In this document: positions 52,395 to 64,000 of the stretch, one piece after another
How the letters are laid out: the number at the start of each line of letters is the position of its first letter
Numbering within the stretch: position 1 is the stretch's first letter
DNA from: Octopus sinensis
Taxonomy: Eukaryota
Length of the DNA: 64,000 bases
Direction of reading: 5' to 3'
Assembly: GCF_006345805.1 (NCBI RefSeq)
Contig: NC_043001.1
Location: forward strand, 112,530,001 to 112,594,000
Program-made: the position numbers and the translations under genes
Notes under the pieces: model-generated
Seen by the model: only the letters and a program-made list of their open reading frames with translations
Database searches by the model: none
Told to the model about the DNA's origin: nothing

Positions 52395-52429
52395 GTTTCC
52401 GACGAAGAGCTCCGCTCGAAACGTTAAAC
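52395..52429 (+). ncRNA. Minimal type I hammerhead-like motif, core variant CCGACGA
   Basis: GTTT | CCGACGA-A | GAGC-TCC-GCTC | GAA | ACGT | T | AAAC, within a ~200-bp pLTR-like fragment (~52310-52522) ending at (TA)n. Confidence 0.65.
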
Positions 52430-52562
52430 CCTCCTTCTTTCTTTCTTTCCTGAGCGTCCAATAATACTATATTTGTTCTCGCGTTGTTGTGTTTTTTTTG
52501 TGCTTTCATGTTTGGATTAACTTATATATATATATATAAATATATATAAATATATATTATAT

Positions 52563-52619
<57 letters not shown>

Positions 52620-52627
52620 TATATATA

Positions 52628-52665
<38 letters not shown>

Positions 52666-53158
52666 GTATTTATTTCGTTAGCTATTTTCCAGTAAATATC
52701 GGTACTTCGTTGTACCATATATTTACTTCTATGTATAATTTTCCCTCACGGGTTATTCATTACTGGAAAGCAATTTCTCTCGTATTGCATCACTATTTTT
52801 ATTGAAACTTCTTCACTGTTCTCGTTCTGTCAGCGTTTTGGCGTTTCAGTCGAGTGTATTGGCATTGATGTGGCAACATCTGAAATCTTGTCGTGGTATA
52901 TGTTGGCTGATGAAGATAAATCAATTATATGTGTGCAGGCATATCTTGAAAAATCTGAAACCGGTACCACATTATCCCTTTCTAGGTATTTCATCTTTCA
53001 GATGTTCTTCCTGGAGGTAAGACAATTTTTTTCAAGTTTGTTGCACACACGCATTTTTCCTAGTACATACGCGGTGAAGCTATACATTAGCGTCGTATTT
53101 ATTACGTTCGCTATTTTCCAGTAAATATCGGTACTTCGTTGTACCATATATTTACTTA
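52666..53158 (+). mobile_element. Retrozyme-like element: 429-bp unit with ~63-bp terminal direct repeat and internal hammerhead, inside (TA)n
   Basis: GTATTTATT(T/A)CGTT(A/C)GCTATTTTCCAGTAAATATCGGTACTTCGTTGTACCATATATTTACTT at 52666 and 53095. (TA)n on both sides. Confidence 0.75.
52900..52972 (+). ncRNA. Type I hammerhead ribozyme motif, canonical core
   Basis: ATG(T)TGG | CTGATGA (52907-13) | AGAT..TCAA..ATATGT-GTGCAG-GCATAT..TTGA..ATCT | GAA | ACCGGT | A | CCACAT. GUA triplet. Confidence 0.75.
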
Positions 53159-53165
53159 TATATAT

Positions 53166-53210
<45 letters not shown>

Positions 53211-53337
53211 GCATATATATACATATATACATACATGTATATATATATGTGTGTGTGTGTGTGTTTTATTTTATATACTTATGTTCATTTTAAGACGGTT
53301 AAATACAATGGAATATTCAGATTAAGTGTGTGTGTGC

Positions 53338-53379
<42 letters not shown>

Positions 53380-53821
53380 CAGTTGGTCAGGATCACTTCG
53401 ATCATGGTCATTAGTTTAGTAACTTCCAGGATATGTTTGAGTAGGAATTTACTCCAAGAGAAGTTAGTAAATTAATCAATTACTAACATTATATTCTTCG
53501 ATTACAAAATTTGAAAATATTTCGTAATAATTCCAGGTACTCCGCAAATGTAATCTCAGTAGTTATATTAGTTACGTACAACATTCGGTAAATAAATACA
53601 ATAAATACAATAAATTTGAAAGCTTGTGTTTCAGTAGCAAGGTGTTTTAATGATTATACGTACATTATAGCACAGGAAAACACCTTCCACATTTTCGCGC
53701 ACCAGACGTAATGCACGTAACCATAACTGCGATGCCTTACTACAAAAACGTATGTAGTATGGTTTTAACTGCTATGTGTTATAATGTTATTGTATATGTG
53801 TATATGACAAGACAGACAAGC

Positions 53822-53866
<45 letters not shown>

Positions 53867-53901
53867 CATACATACATACATACATACATACATAGTCAGT
53901 C

Positions 53902-53986
<85 letters not shown>

Positions 53987-54059
53987 TAGATAGATAGACA
54001 GATCGATAGAGTGATTCAATAATTAATTGATTGATCGATAAAAAATACCTATTAATCTA

Positions 54060-54515
54060 TGCATATTGTTAAAATCACATGACTACACTTTTAACTGTAA
54101 AATATTGTTTGTTATCATAAACACAAGACGACACGTTTAACTGTGAATATTCTTGTTTCCATAGAAATAGGACCTCGCATTTAAGGGTAAAATATTACTT
54201 GTTACCGCAGTCACACGACCACAACGCCCAAAAAAGAATTATTTGCTGTTACAACAATAATGTCGTTAATAGACACAAGACCACACACATCGCACAAGTA
54301 ACTGTGGATTATCGCTGTTTTATTAAAGACACCAGACTACAACTAACCGTGAAATATTGTTTTTAATATATACACAGGATCATAAAACATTTAAATGTAA
54401 AATATTTCCTCTCTCATTAGGCGCAAAAACCAAACATTTGGATGTAGAATAGATGCAAAACCACTGGATGTTTAATAGTGGGACATAGCTGTTACCATTG
54501 ACACAAGAACACATT
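54060..54515. repeat. Degenerate ~45-bp minisatellite
   Basis: Recurring unit like ACACAAGACCACACATTTAACTGTAAAATATT...TGTT...ATA (CACATGAC at 54077, CACAAGAC at 54122), roughly 9-10 units. Confidence 0.7.
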
Positions 54516-55897
54516 CATGGGGAAGGATATAGTCTCTCACTTCAACAGTAAACTTCGAGCTAACAAGAGATTCTCTAGTTTCTATCTATGTATGTGGTTG
54601 CAACATCTTCCAAACCCTTCTGAAATCACAATCTTATCGTCTTGAACATGTGATAGGGATGTTTGGATAAGCGATGGAATCGTCATATCTGGAATACTGT
54701 TAATTCAGTGTTGACTTATGGCTAAATTTCAAGAACAACCATTATATAGGTTCACATATGTTGTGGTCGGATTATAATCGATAATATATCAAAGTAAGTA
54801 CTTGGTTGGTGCTTTTGATGCCGACCTAGAAAAACGTGTAAAACAAAGGTGAGCATTCTGAGAATCGAATTCAGAACGCCAAGGGGTAAAACTGAAAGTG
54901 AAAGTTATTTTCTCCAGGGCACCGAAATATTGTCGTCAGCTAAGTATATTATTTCTTTTACAATGTTTGTTATTCATGACAAAACCTCGTATATATTTTG
55001 CTTCTGCACGCAAGCATGCCCACACTCATAATGAAACATATACAGACATTCAAACACAGATTCATAAGCACACATATCGACATGGTGCGAATCAGCTCGT
55101 GTCTTGAGTAAAATCATTTCATGGAAAGTTGTATATGGCTTAGTTGTTATCATGGAACTACAAAAAGATGACAACCGTCAGCCATATAGTTGCTGGCTAG
55201 TTGTAGAATTAGATAAGCATTGTTTAAACTACTTTTCCAGCCTCTACCTGATTAACAGGTGAACAGTGCTATCACCGAAAAAAAACCGCTTAGACACCTA
55301 CCGAATCTCTCAATCGCCATAATGTGAAAGAAATGTAACCAGCATCATAAAGCCAGGTAAAGGTTTGCAATTATATTCTTCCTTTGGTCAAACCTCGTAT
55401 GTTTCGCTACTCCCCATGTCAAAGACCTTCGTGAGAGAATCATACAGTGTTTTCCGAGAAGTGCTTATGGACGGAGTTTCTAATGAGAGAAGCGCGCATA
55501 GAACTGATCTCAAATTTCAAATACAACAGCTTTTCAGATAGTCACTCAGCATTGACTGTCACAACAGAATACCGCTCTCAGAGACAAATATTTTGACATG
55601 GACTTCAATCCATCGCTCACATGTGGTCTTGCGGTACGTTCATTCATAATCACAAGAATTTCTCAATCGCAGTGCAATACGTTATTGTATAGCCATTAAG
55701 TACCTTGAGTTCACAAACACACTTTGGTGTAGGTCTTATTTTTAATCTTGCAAGGTGTCCAGGATCAGCCGCATCACAAAACAAGCTTGATGTGATTCCC
55801 AGGTTAGTCACTAACGACTCAACATACAATAGGCTGTACTAGGTTACTTGTTAGCTGCTGTGCTTATAAATTACCTGATACACATACATACATACAC

Positions 55898-56001
<104 letters not shown>

Positions 56002-56234
56002 AAGGCGGCGAGCTGGCAGAAACGGTAGCACTTTGGGCGAAATGCGTAGCCATATTTCGTCTGCCGTTACGTTCTGAGTTCAAATTCCGCCGAGGTTGAC
56101 TTTGCCTTTCATCCTTTCGGGGTCGACAAATTAAGTACCAGTTACGCACTGGGGTCGATGGAATCGACTTAATCCCTTTGTCTGTCCTTGTTTGTCCCCT
56201 CTATGTTTAGCCCCTTGTGGGTAGTAAAGAAATA
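56002..56234 (+). mobile_element. SINE family C within (TA)n
   Basis: Full-length family C match. Confidence 0.9.
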
Positions 56235-57827
56235 TATATATATGTATATATATATATATAATATATATATATATATATAATATATATATATATAATATAT
56301 ATATATATACGCTATACATAGACATAGGCATAGGAATATATATACGTACGCCAGTATTCCGTACTATATGTCATGAACTTACTCATTGATCCCAGTTTCA
56401 GCGCTAGATCCACTTGTATTTTCAAGTACTTGGTTGAAACCATGCTTCGTGATTTTTATAACTAGTATTGTAGAGGAGGAGACATCAACACCATTCAATC
56501 TCATTTCCATTGAGAAATTGTAAGCAATCAGTGACTTCTTTATCATTATTTGTAAAGTTTGTAATATTTTCCATTCATTACTTCTTTCAGTATTTTACTT
56601 TCTGCGTTCAAATCCCACCAGAGTGCACTTTAAGCCATCACTCTTAAGTAAAATTAAAGCCTATCTCGAACTTACAGCTTCATTAAGCCGGATTATATCT
56701 CGGTTTCTTACACGCTAAAGCGACAAAAAGTACATGGTGGAACGTCACCTGTCGCGGTGTTAACTCTCGGCTACAACTGAGCGTACTGAAGTAGTGTTGA
56801 AATGAAATACCTTGCCCAAGAACACAGCACGTCGCTAGCCCAAAATTTTAACTACTTGCCCTATAAGAGTCATGTACTAAGATCAATATAACCGGCTATT
56901 CCTTGCCCCAAAATGTGCAATCTTGTGCTCATATCAGAAATATTTTTCTTTTTTTTTTTTGAAGAAAATTAGATTGCAGAATCTAAAAACATTTGCAAAA
57001 TGTTTTAGTGACGTCTTCAAATATTGATGAAGTCATCTTTGTCTTTAATACTGCGAGTAATAAAATAAGGTACCAGTCATATTCTGGAGTTGATATTATC
57101 AATTGTTTGATGCCATGCCGGAGCACCACTTTCAAATTTCTAGTCAAACAATTGAATCCAGTACTTTTCTTTTTCGTGTCTTTCAGTTTCTATAGCCGAA
57201 CAGCTAAGATACAGGAACGAAAACAAACCAACAACGGGTGTCATGTAGTTAGGAGGGGGAAGACACAGAAACAAAAAATATATACACATAAATACATGCA
57301 CACACACCCACATACACACACACAAGTATTAAATTACGAATTAAAAGCAACTATTAATGTAAACATTATCGATCGAACATGTTTTGTTAATACGCTGAGT
57401 TTGCTGCGAGATAGCGTCTGGAGAAAGCTCCCTACATAATGCTGAGTGTTAAAGAACACCTGGATGTCGTAGACCAGGCGAGACAACTCGTCTCGGAATG
57501 AATCCAAGAATGAGAGATACCGATATTTCACCATTATTGTGGCCTATCAATACCACGCACTTTGATGGAACCGAAACGAAATGAATTCCTAGTCTATGAC
57601 TTATATGCGAATAGAGTGAAATCTGTCTGCGGATGTCCTACGGCGCGGCACATATAAAAGTAAATTAAATAACAAATTTGGTAGACAGAAATTATGCGGA
57701 AGCCCATTATGGATGTGTGTGTGTGTGTGTGTTGTGTGTGTGTGTATATATATATATGTATGTATATGTATATATGTATACACACACACATATATATGTA
57801 TATATATGTATATATATATACACATAC

Positions 57828-57917
<90 letters not shown>

Positions 57918-57924
57918 TACATAT

Positions 57925-58132
57925 GCATGCGAGTCAGCAGAATCGTTAACACACCAAGGAAAATGTGTACCGGCATTTCGTGCGTTTTACGTTCTGGTTT
58001 CAAATTTTGTCGATGGGTAACTGTTTATCCTTTCAGGGTTGATAATATAAGTACCAGTTGAACAGTGCGGTTGATTTCAAGGATTTAACATTTCCCCGAA
58101 AGTGCTGACCTTGTGCCAAAATTTGAAACCAA
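57925..58132 (+). mobile_element. Diverged family C-type SINE with alternative tail
   Basis: GCAGAATCGTTAACAC...ATCCTTTCAGGGTTGATAATATAAGTACCAG...CCTTGTGCCAAAATTTGAAACC. Confidence 0.7.
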
Positions 58133-58159
58133 TAAATATATATTTTTTTCTTCTAACAA

Positions 58160-58296
58160 ATTCATTCACAAGGCACTGATCGATCTGGGGATAAAGAAGA
58201 AGACACTTGCCCAAGGTGAAGCGCAGTGTAACTGAACCCTAAACACATAGCTTCACAAATCGAGTTTTTTTTTTTAACTACACAACCATGCCTGCA
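58160..58296 (-). mobile_element. Degenerate 5' half of family A SINE
   Basis: AGAAGACACTTGCCCAAGGTG...ACTGAACCC...CACAACCATGCCTGC. Confidence 0.7.
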
Positions 58297-59029
58297 TTAA
58301 TGTTTATGAAGGAAGTCATATTTTCTTCAACCATTTACATTCCACGTTCAATCCATCAGCCAAGATTAACTTTGACTTTCCTACTTCCGGAAAGGCTAAA
58401 TTAAAATAGCAACTACGTACAGCATATGATTGTACCCCTCCATACAATTTCTGACCCCTTGTCTATCTTAGAAGACATTATTTCCTCTAGTCTAACACTT
58501 TGCTGATCCCTCTTCCTTTCTTCTTTTGCGATATTTGCGTACTACTTTTGTTTCGTCTGTACGTCTCTTGCGCTCGGTATTTATCCAAACCTCACCGTTT
58601 TATTCTACAGCTGTGAGTATTTTCTTATTCTATTTATCATTTTTCTTTATTTAACACGTTTTCAGCTTCCTTCTCTGTTTATCATAATCTTGCTTTCTAT
58701 ACCTATGTGTTATTGTGATATCCTTCTCAGTTCCTCCCATATTCTCTCAATGCCTTATTTCATTCCGTTCGTTGCTTCCTCACCAAATTTCCTTTCAGGC
58801 TTCCCTTCCGAGCTCCTTGGTTTACTTTCTCCCCTCATCACCGTCCCCTCTACTACTACCTGTCTCCCGCTAAGGTCTCCTCGTGAAGCCCAAATTAAAC
58901 AATATGCTAAAGACTAATTAACTTTAACGTCCACACACCAGATTTCCATATTGAATTTCTCGCTGCAAAATAAAACTCCAATAATCCACTTGGATTAAGG
59001 TCGTAAAACAACAGGAAATAATGGGATGT

Positions 59030-59030
59030 G

Positions 59031-59104
<74 letters not shown>

Positions 59105-59112
59105 TGATAAGG

Positions 59113-59149
<37 letters not shown>

Positions 59150-59268
59150 TGATAATAATAATAATAATAATAATAGTAATAATAATAATAATAATAATAA
59201 GAAGAAGAAGAAGAAGAACAACAACAACAACAATAATAATGATAATAATAATATAATAATAATAATAA

Positions 59269-59315
<47 letters not shown>
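59030..59315. repeat. Compound (ACT)n/(AAT)n/(AAG)n/(AAC)n microsatellite
   Basis: Direct reading. Confidence 0.95.
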
Positions 59316-59663
59316 TTGGTTATGATTAAGCTACGTCCATTCACACATTCATAAATGTATATCAAGTATCAAATATTTAGATAATCGCGTTTGTCTATGC
59401 GAGCATGTATACATGTCGGTGAATGTATCCCTGCATCCATTCATCTACTCATAGACGCGGGTGTGTGTATGCATATATATATATATATGTAATACACACA
59501 CACACACATACACATATATATGTTTGTGTATGTGTGTGTGTGTGTGTGTGTGTATACATTAATATGTTTGTGTGTGTGTATACATTAATATGTTTGTGTG
59601 TGTGTATACATAAATATATATATGTGTGTGTGCGCGCATACATACATATATATATATATATCG

Positions 59664-59892
59664 AAGGCGGCGAGCTGGCAGAAACGTTAGCACGCCCGAC
59701 GAAATGCTTAGCGGTATTTCGTCTGACGCTACGTTCTGAGTTCAAATTCCGCCGAGGTCGACTTTGCCTTTCATCCTTCCGGGGTCGATTAAATAAGTAC
59801 CAGTTACGCACTGGGGTCGATGTAATCGACTTAATCCCTGTGTAGTCCTTGTTTGTCCCCTCTGTGTTTGGCCCCTTGTGGGTAGTAAAGAA

Positions 59893-59894
<2 letters not shown>
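59664..59894 (+). mobile_element. SINE family C
   Basis: Full-length family C match. Confidence 0.9.
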
Positions 59895-59946
<52 letters not shown>

Positions 59947-59968
59947 ACACACACTCACAAGTGTAACA

Positions 59969-60144
59969 CCCTTTGACTAAAATCAAAGTGTAGTATCTGT
60001 TTTATCAGCTTAATATTTGATAAGCTCTCTATTTGGGGTTATCGATATTTAAATGATTTTTCAAACAAGGCGGAGAGTTAGGATCTTGCTCCGCCTTTGC
60101 TACGGGTTCGCCTAGTATTGCAGTACTTCAAGGAATTATCCCAC
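59969..60144 (+). pseudogene. U2: U2 snRNA pseudogene (near full length, lacks ~12 nt at 5' end)
   Basis: CCCTTTGACTAAAATCAAAGTGTAGTATCTGTTTTATCAGCTTAATATTTGATA includes the branch-point pairing GTAGTA. Sm-site-like GATTTTT, GGATCTTGCTCC, loop IV TATTGCAGTAC. Multiple substitutions; followed by (CATC/CATA)n. Confidence 0.9.
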
Positions 60145-60279
60145 ATCCATCCATGCATACATACATACATACATACATGCATACATACATACATACATAC
60201 ATACATACATACATACAATGCATATACATTTATGTATGTTTATATCATACGCAAAATGGTCATTTTGTAATAAAATAAA

Positions 60280-60585
60280 ACCCTGGGTTCAATCCCATTG
60301 AGTGCCATTATGAAGAGGGGTTTTACTATATACCCTGCTGAACCCATACCTTGTGAATGAAATTGGGTAGGTGAAAAATGGATAGTGGCCCTTCAGATAG
60401 ATTGTAGTGTGATGCAAAGGAACGACTTGTCACAACCTGTGTCACAACCTGTGTCATGCTGTTACTGCCTGGGGATTGGGTTAAGGGTACTCGTATCATG
60501 GAATACTCAGTCACACGTTTATTTGATACGCTGATAAATCAGTTGTTCGGAAAACTAATTCTTCAGGATCGGAACCGCTAAGAAG
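60280..60585 (+). mobile_element. Old degenerate SINE with B1-like 3' domain
   Basis: GGGTTCAATCCCA head; CTGTGTCATGCTG...GTTAAGGGTACTCGT...TGGAATACTCAGTCAC. Confidence 0.55.
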
Positions 60586-60634
60586 TTGCTCATGTGTGTT
60601 TGACCCTATTGTTTCCCATTATTATTAAGCTAAC

Positions 60635-61395
60635 GTTTCAAATTTGCCTTTCATCCTTTCGATGTCGATGAAATAAGTACCAGTTACGCACTGGGGTCGA
60701 TATAATCGACTTGTCCCCTTCCCCAATTTTCAAGGCCTTGTGTCTAGAGAAGAAATTATTATTAACCTATTGTAAGGCGGCGTGCTAGCAGAAACGTTAG
60801 CAAGCCGGGTAAAATGCTTAGAGGTATTTCGTCTGCCGCTACGTTCTGAGTTCAAATTCCGCCGAGGTCGACTTTGCCTTTTATCCTTTCGGGGTCGATT
60901 AAATAAGTACCAGTTACGCACTGGGGTCGATATAATCGACTTAATCCGTTTGTCTGTCCTTGTTTGTCCCCTCTGTGTGTAGCCCCTTGTGGGTATTAAA
61001 GAAATAGGCATTTCGTCTGCTGCTACGTTCTGAGTTCAAATTCCGCCGGGGTCGGCTTTGCTTTCATCATTTCAGGATTGATAAATTAAGTACCAGTGAA
61101 ACACTGGGTCGATGTAATCGTCTAGTCCGCTCCCCACCAAATTTCTGGCCTTGTGCCTTTCATAGAAAATATTATTATGTTAGCGTAAAGTATGGATTGG
61201 CAGATTCATCAGAGCGTCGGAAAAACGCTTTGCGGTATTCCTTCCGTTTCATTACATCCTGCGTTCAAATTCCACCGAGGTCGACTTTGCTTTTCACTCT
61301 TTCGAAATCGATAAAAATGTATAACAAATAGTGGTGTCGATGTAATTGTTTCGTCCCCTCCCCTCAAAATTTCAAGCCGTATACCTATGGTAGAT
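60635..61395 (+). mobile_element. Cluster of family C SINEs: fragment, partial dimer (60774-61170) and old copy
   Basis: Meta-like block GCCTTTCATCCTTTCG..GTCGAT..AAGTACCAG repeated four times with two alternative tails. Confidence 0.85.
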
Positions 61396-61428
61396 TTTTT
61401 GATATAAATTCTTGAGATTGTTCTAAAT

Positions 61429-61698
61429 CAGTAGTTCCCAAATTTTTTCGGGCTGCTGCCCCTTTGACAACCTGGTGTCTTCCTGGTGTCTTCACCTAAC
61501 TAACCACCACAAACACAGACCTCTTCTGAAGTAAATTCAAAGAAACTGTATTTCACAAATAAACTTAACCTAAAGAACCCATTATCTTGTTGTTTCTAAA
61601 TGAATCGCTACCCCATTATCGCCCCACCTTTTCTTCAGCGCCCCCTTGAAACTTTCCACCGCCCCAAGGGGGCAAACTGCCCACTTTGCGAACCCCTG
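61429..61698. mobile_element. hAT (Charlie-like) MITE, 270 bp
   Basis: TIRs CAGTAGTTCCCAAA / TTTGCGAACCCCTG; perfect 8-bp TSD TTCTAAAT (61421-28, 61699-706). Confidence 0.85.
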
Positions 61699-61887
61699 TT
61701 CTAAATCATGAAATTCATTGTCATAACTGTACAGACAGAATCTGGTGGGGTTGGTATCAAAAGTCAGTGTTTTTAAAATGAATTCCCTGATAAAAACTTC
61801 TCAATACAGGAGTAGATCCTACAAACTTTTATTAGATAAAAATACAAAATGAAAGTAACTTCGAAGCTTCCCGGAAAAATATATTGG

Positions 61888-62090
61888 GCTCAAATTTTGG
61901 CAGAAGACCAGCAATTTTAGGAGAGTGGGTAAGTCGATAACAGCAAACCTAGTGTTCAGCTAGTTCTTATTTTATCGACTCCGAAAGGTGACGTCGACTT
62001 CGGCGTAATTTGAACTCAGAAGGTAACGATTGAGAAAATTTCGCTAATTTTTTGCCCCACGTGCTAACAATTCAACCAACTCCCCGCTCT
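61888..62090 (-). mobile_element. Diverged family C-type SINE
   Basis: TTTTATCGACTCCGAAAGG...GTCGACTTCGGCGTAATTTGAACTCAGAA...CGTGCTAAC. Confidence 0.75.
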
Positions 62091-63065
62091 TTCAGGTATT
62101 GCTAATACCTTTATTTTGATATACTTCTTTCTCCAACTAATATCTATTTACTATGGCTAGAAACACGATTGGCAGTAGTAGCGAGTGTAAGTGAGATTTG
62201 ATGACGTTCATGCCTTTTATAGTGTTTTTAATTATTAAATTAAAAAGGAATAAAACCAAATCATTAAAACTTTTGATACCGATTTCTGGCGATGAGATCC
62301 TTAAATGAATATTTAGATACTATAACAACTATAAGTATTTGGCTAACGAAAATGTGAGAGCATTCGTATAAATGTGAGTGAGCGTCTGCCTGCGCCTATA
62401 CGCGCTTGTGTATGTATGTGTATCACTGTGTATATCTTCACGTGTGCCTGTATGCAGGAGAGAAATAGAAGTGTAATAGCAGTAGTGGTGTCAGTAGTAG
62501 TGATAATAATGAATACAGAGATGACCCGAAATAATAGAGAGACAGAAATAGGTCATACATAGAGCAGCAATTAATATTGTTTCTATTGTCTCCACCAATT
62601 ACAACCTTCACACATCCGACTTTGTTCGGTCCTTCTTTTTAATGTTGTTAGATCTTCCGTCTAAAGCCTCGATGCCCAAATGTATATATACGTACATATA
62701 GACAGATCCAGTCATGCAATGTTCACAAGTTTACATCTTAGATCTATCATCACTTACACTCGGACAATTGTGATATTGCCTTCCATTGTGCCTCTGTTTC
62801 CATGGTATCAACATACATGCATACACACACATACACACACATATATATCCAAACATGCATACACACATATATGCATATATATATATATGTATATGTACAC
62901 ATACACACGCATACACACACATACATACATACATATACATAGATGTATATATATATATACAAACATGCATACACACATATATGCATATATATATATAGAT
63001 GTACACATACACACATATATATGCACACACGCATGCACAAACATATATACATACATGTATATAGA

Positions 63066-63107
<42 letters not shown>

Positions 63108-64000
63108 TACGTACTATATAGCATATTTGTATACATATATTATATATATGTGCGTGTATGTATGTATATATGTATCACGTACTATATAACATATATTATT
63201 ATACATGCGTATTATCCACTTAATATGTGTGTGTGTGTTTGTGTACATATATATATATATATATATATCTATATATATATATATGCATATATATATATAT
63301 ATATGTATATATATGCATATATATATATGTATATACATATATGTATATATGTATATATAAATGTATATATGTATATATAAATGTATATATATATGTATAT
63401 ATATATAAATGTATATATATATGTATGTATATGTATATACACACACTCAAACGTATACGTATATAGCACATGTGCATGCGTATGAATGGGTTGGGGTGAA
63501 TTGTATTGTGCGTATTTTTACGATTGTAAGTTCGAACGTGCGTTTATTCGTATCTTTCTCTCTCTCTCCCTCTCGCCTTCATCTTCTTCTTCTTCTCTGA
63601 CCCTCTCCTCTCCCTCTCACTTTTTCTTCTTCCTTTGTGTTTGTGATAGTGTGTATAATTTTATGGACAGTCCTTTCGTTTGAGACCGTATGTTCATTGT
63701 AAGAAGCACAAAAAAAAAATGTGTTGATTGTGATGGATCGTCGTCCCCCTTGTGAGGCTCACTCACAGACTGTGCAATAAAGAGGTCTTCACATGTTCTT
63801 GCCTCCATTTTAATATATTATTTATTTTAACACCATCAGATTGCACCCAATGCTCTATAACATCAACTACTTTGGTCTCTAAATTTTATCTTTTCCTCAT
63901 CTGAAATTCTCTTCGTTTCGTTTCCTTGACTTTTGATAGATTATCCTTTGTTTATGAATTGTTTCTCGGGATTTTCGTTATGTATATATATATATATATA

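Noticed and set aside
54060-54515. CRISPR-like periodicity
   Set aside because: Eukaryotic context, no conserved repeat with unique spacers, no cas genes.
58480-58900. Possible decayed LINE ORF1 on minus
   Set aside because: Only compositional resemblance; no diagnostic motif.

Overview
AT-rich, repeat-saturated eukaryotic DNA with no recognisable host protein-coding exon. Nearly all ORFs in the track are microsatellite or SINE read-through. The repeat complement points to an octopod cephalopod genome (inference): tRNA-derived SINEs resembling octopus OK/OR1/OR2, a Meta-domain SINE, and dense (TA)n/(CATA)n/(GAT)n tracts. Identifiable elements: >25 SINE copies from 5 families; a full-length dead Tc1 transposon (13252-14498); a 5'-truncated CR1/Jockey-group LINE (27338-30112, minus) whose 3' tail matches the OK-like SINE; a young non-autonomous LTR element with tRNA-Trp PBS and 4-bp TSD (43595-46058); several MITEs; a Helentron/HINE-like end; a U2 snRNA retrocopy; and a 100-N gap. 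The main unexpected signal is nine type I hammerhead-ribozyme folds from about seven sequence families, found by manual folding, all with palindromic or near-palindromic helix III. Most lie in short non-coding units next to (TA)n tracts. Two units show retrozyme-like partial tandem structure (343 and 429 bp periods), one family is circularly permuted, and several carry recurrent core variants (CCGANGA three times; U3-A8). This looks like a diverse set of Penelope-associated or retrozyme-like ribozyme retroelements. Cleavage activity is untested.
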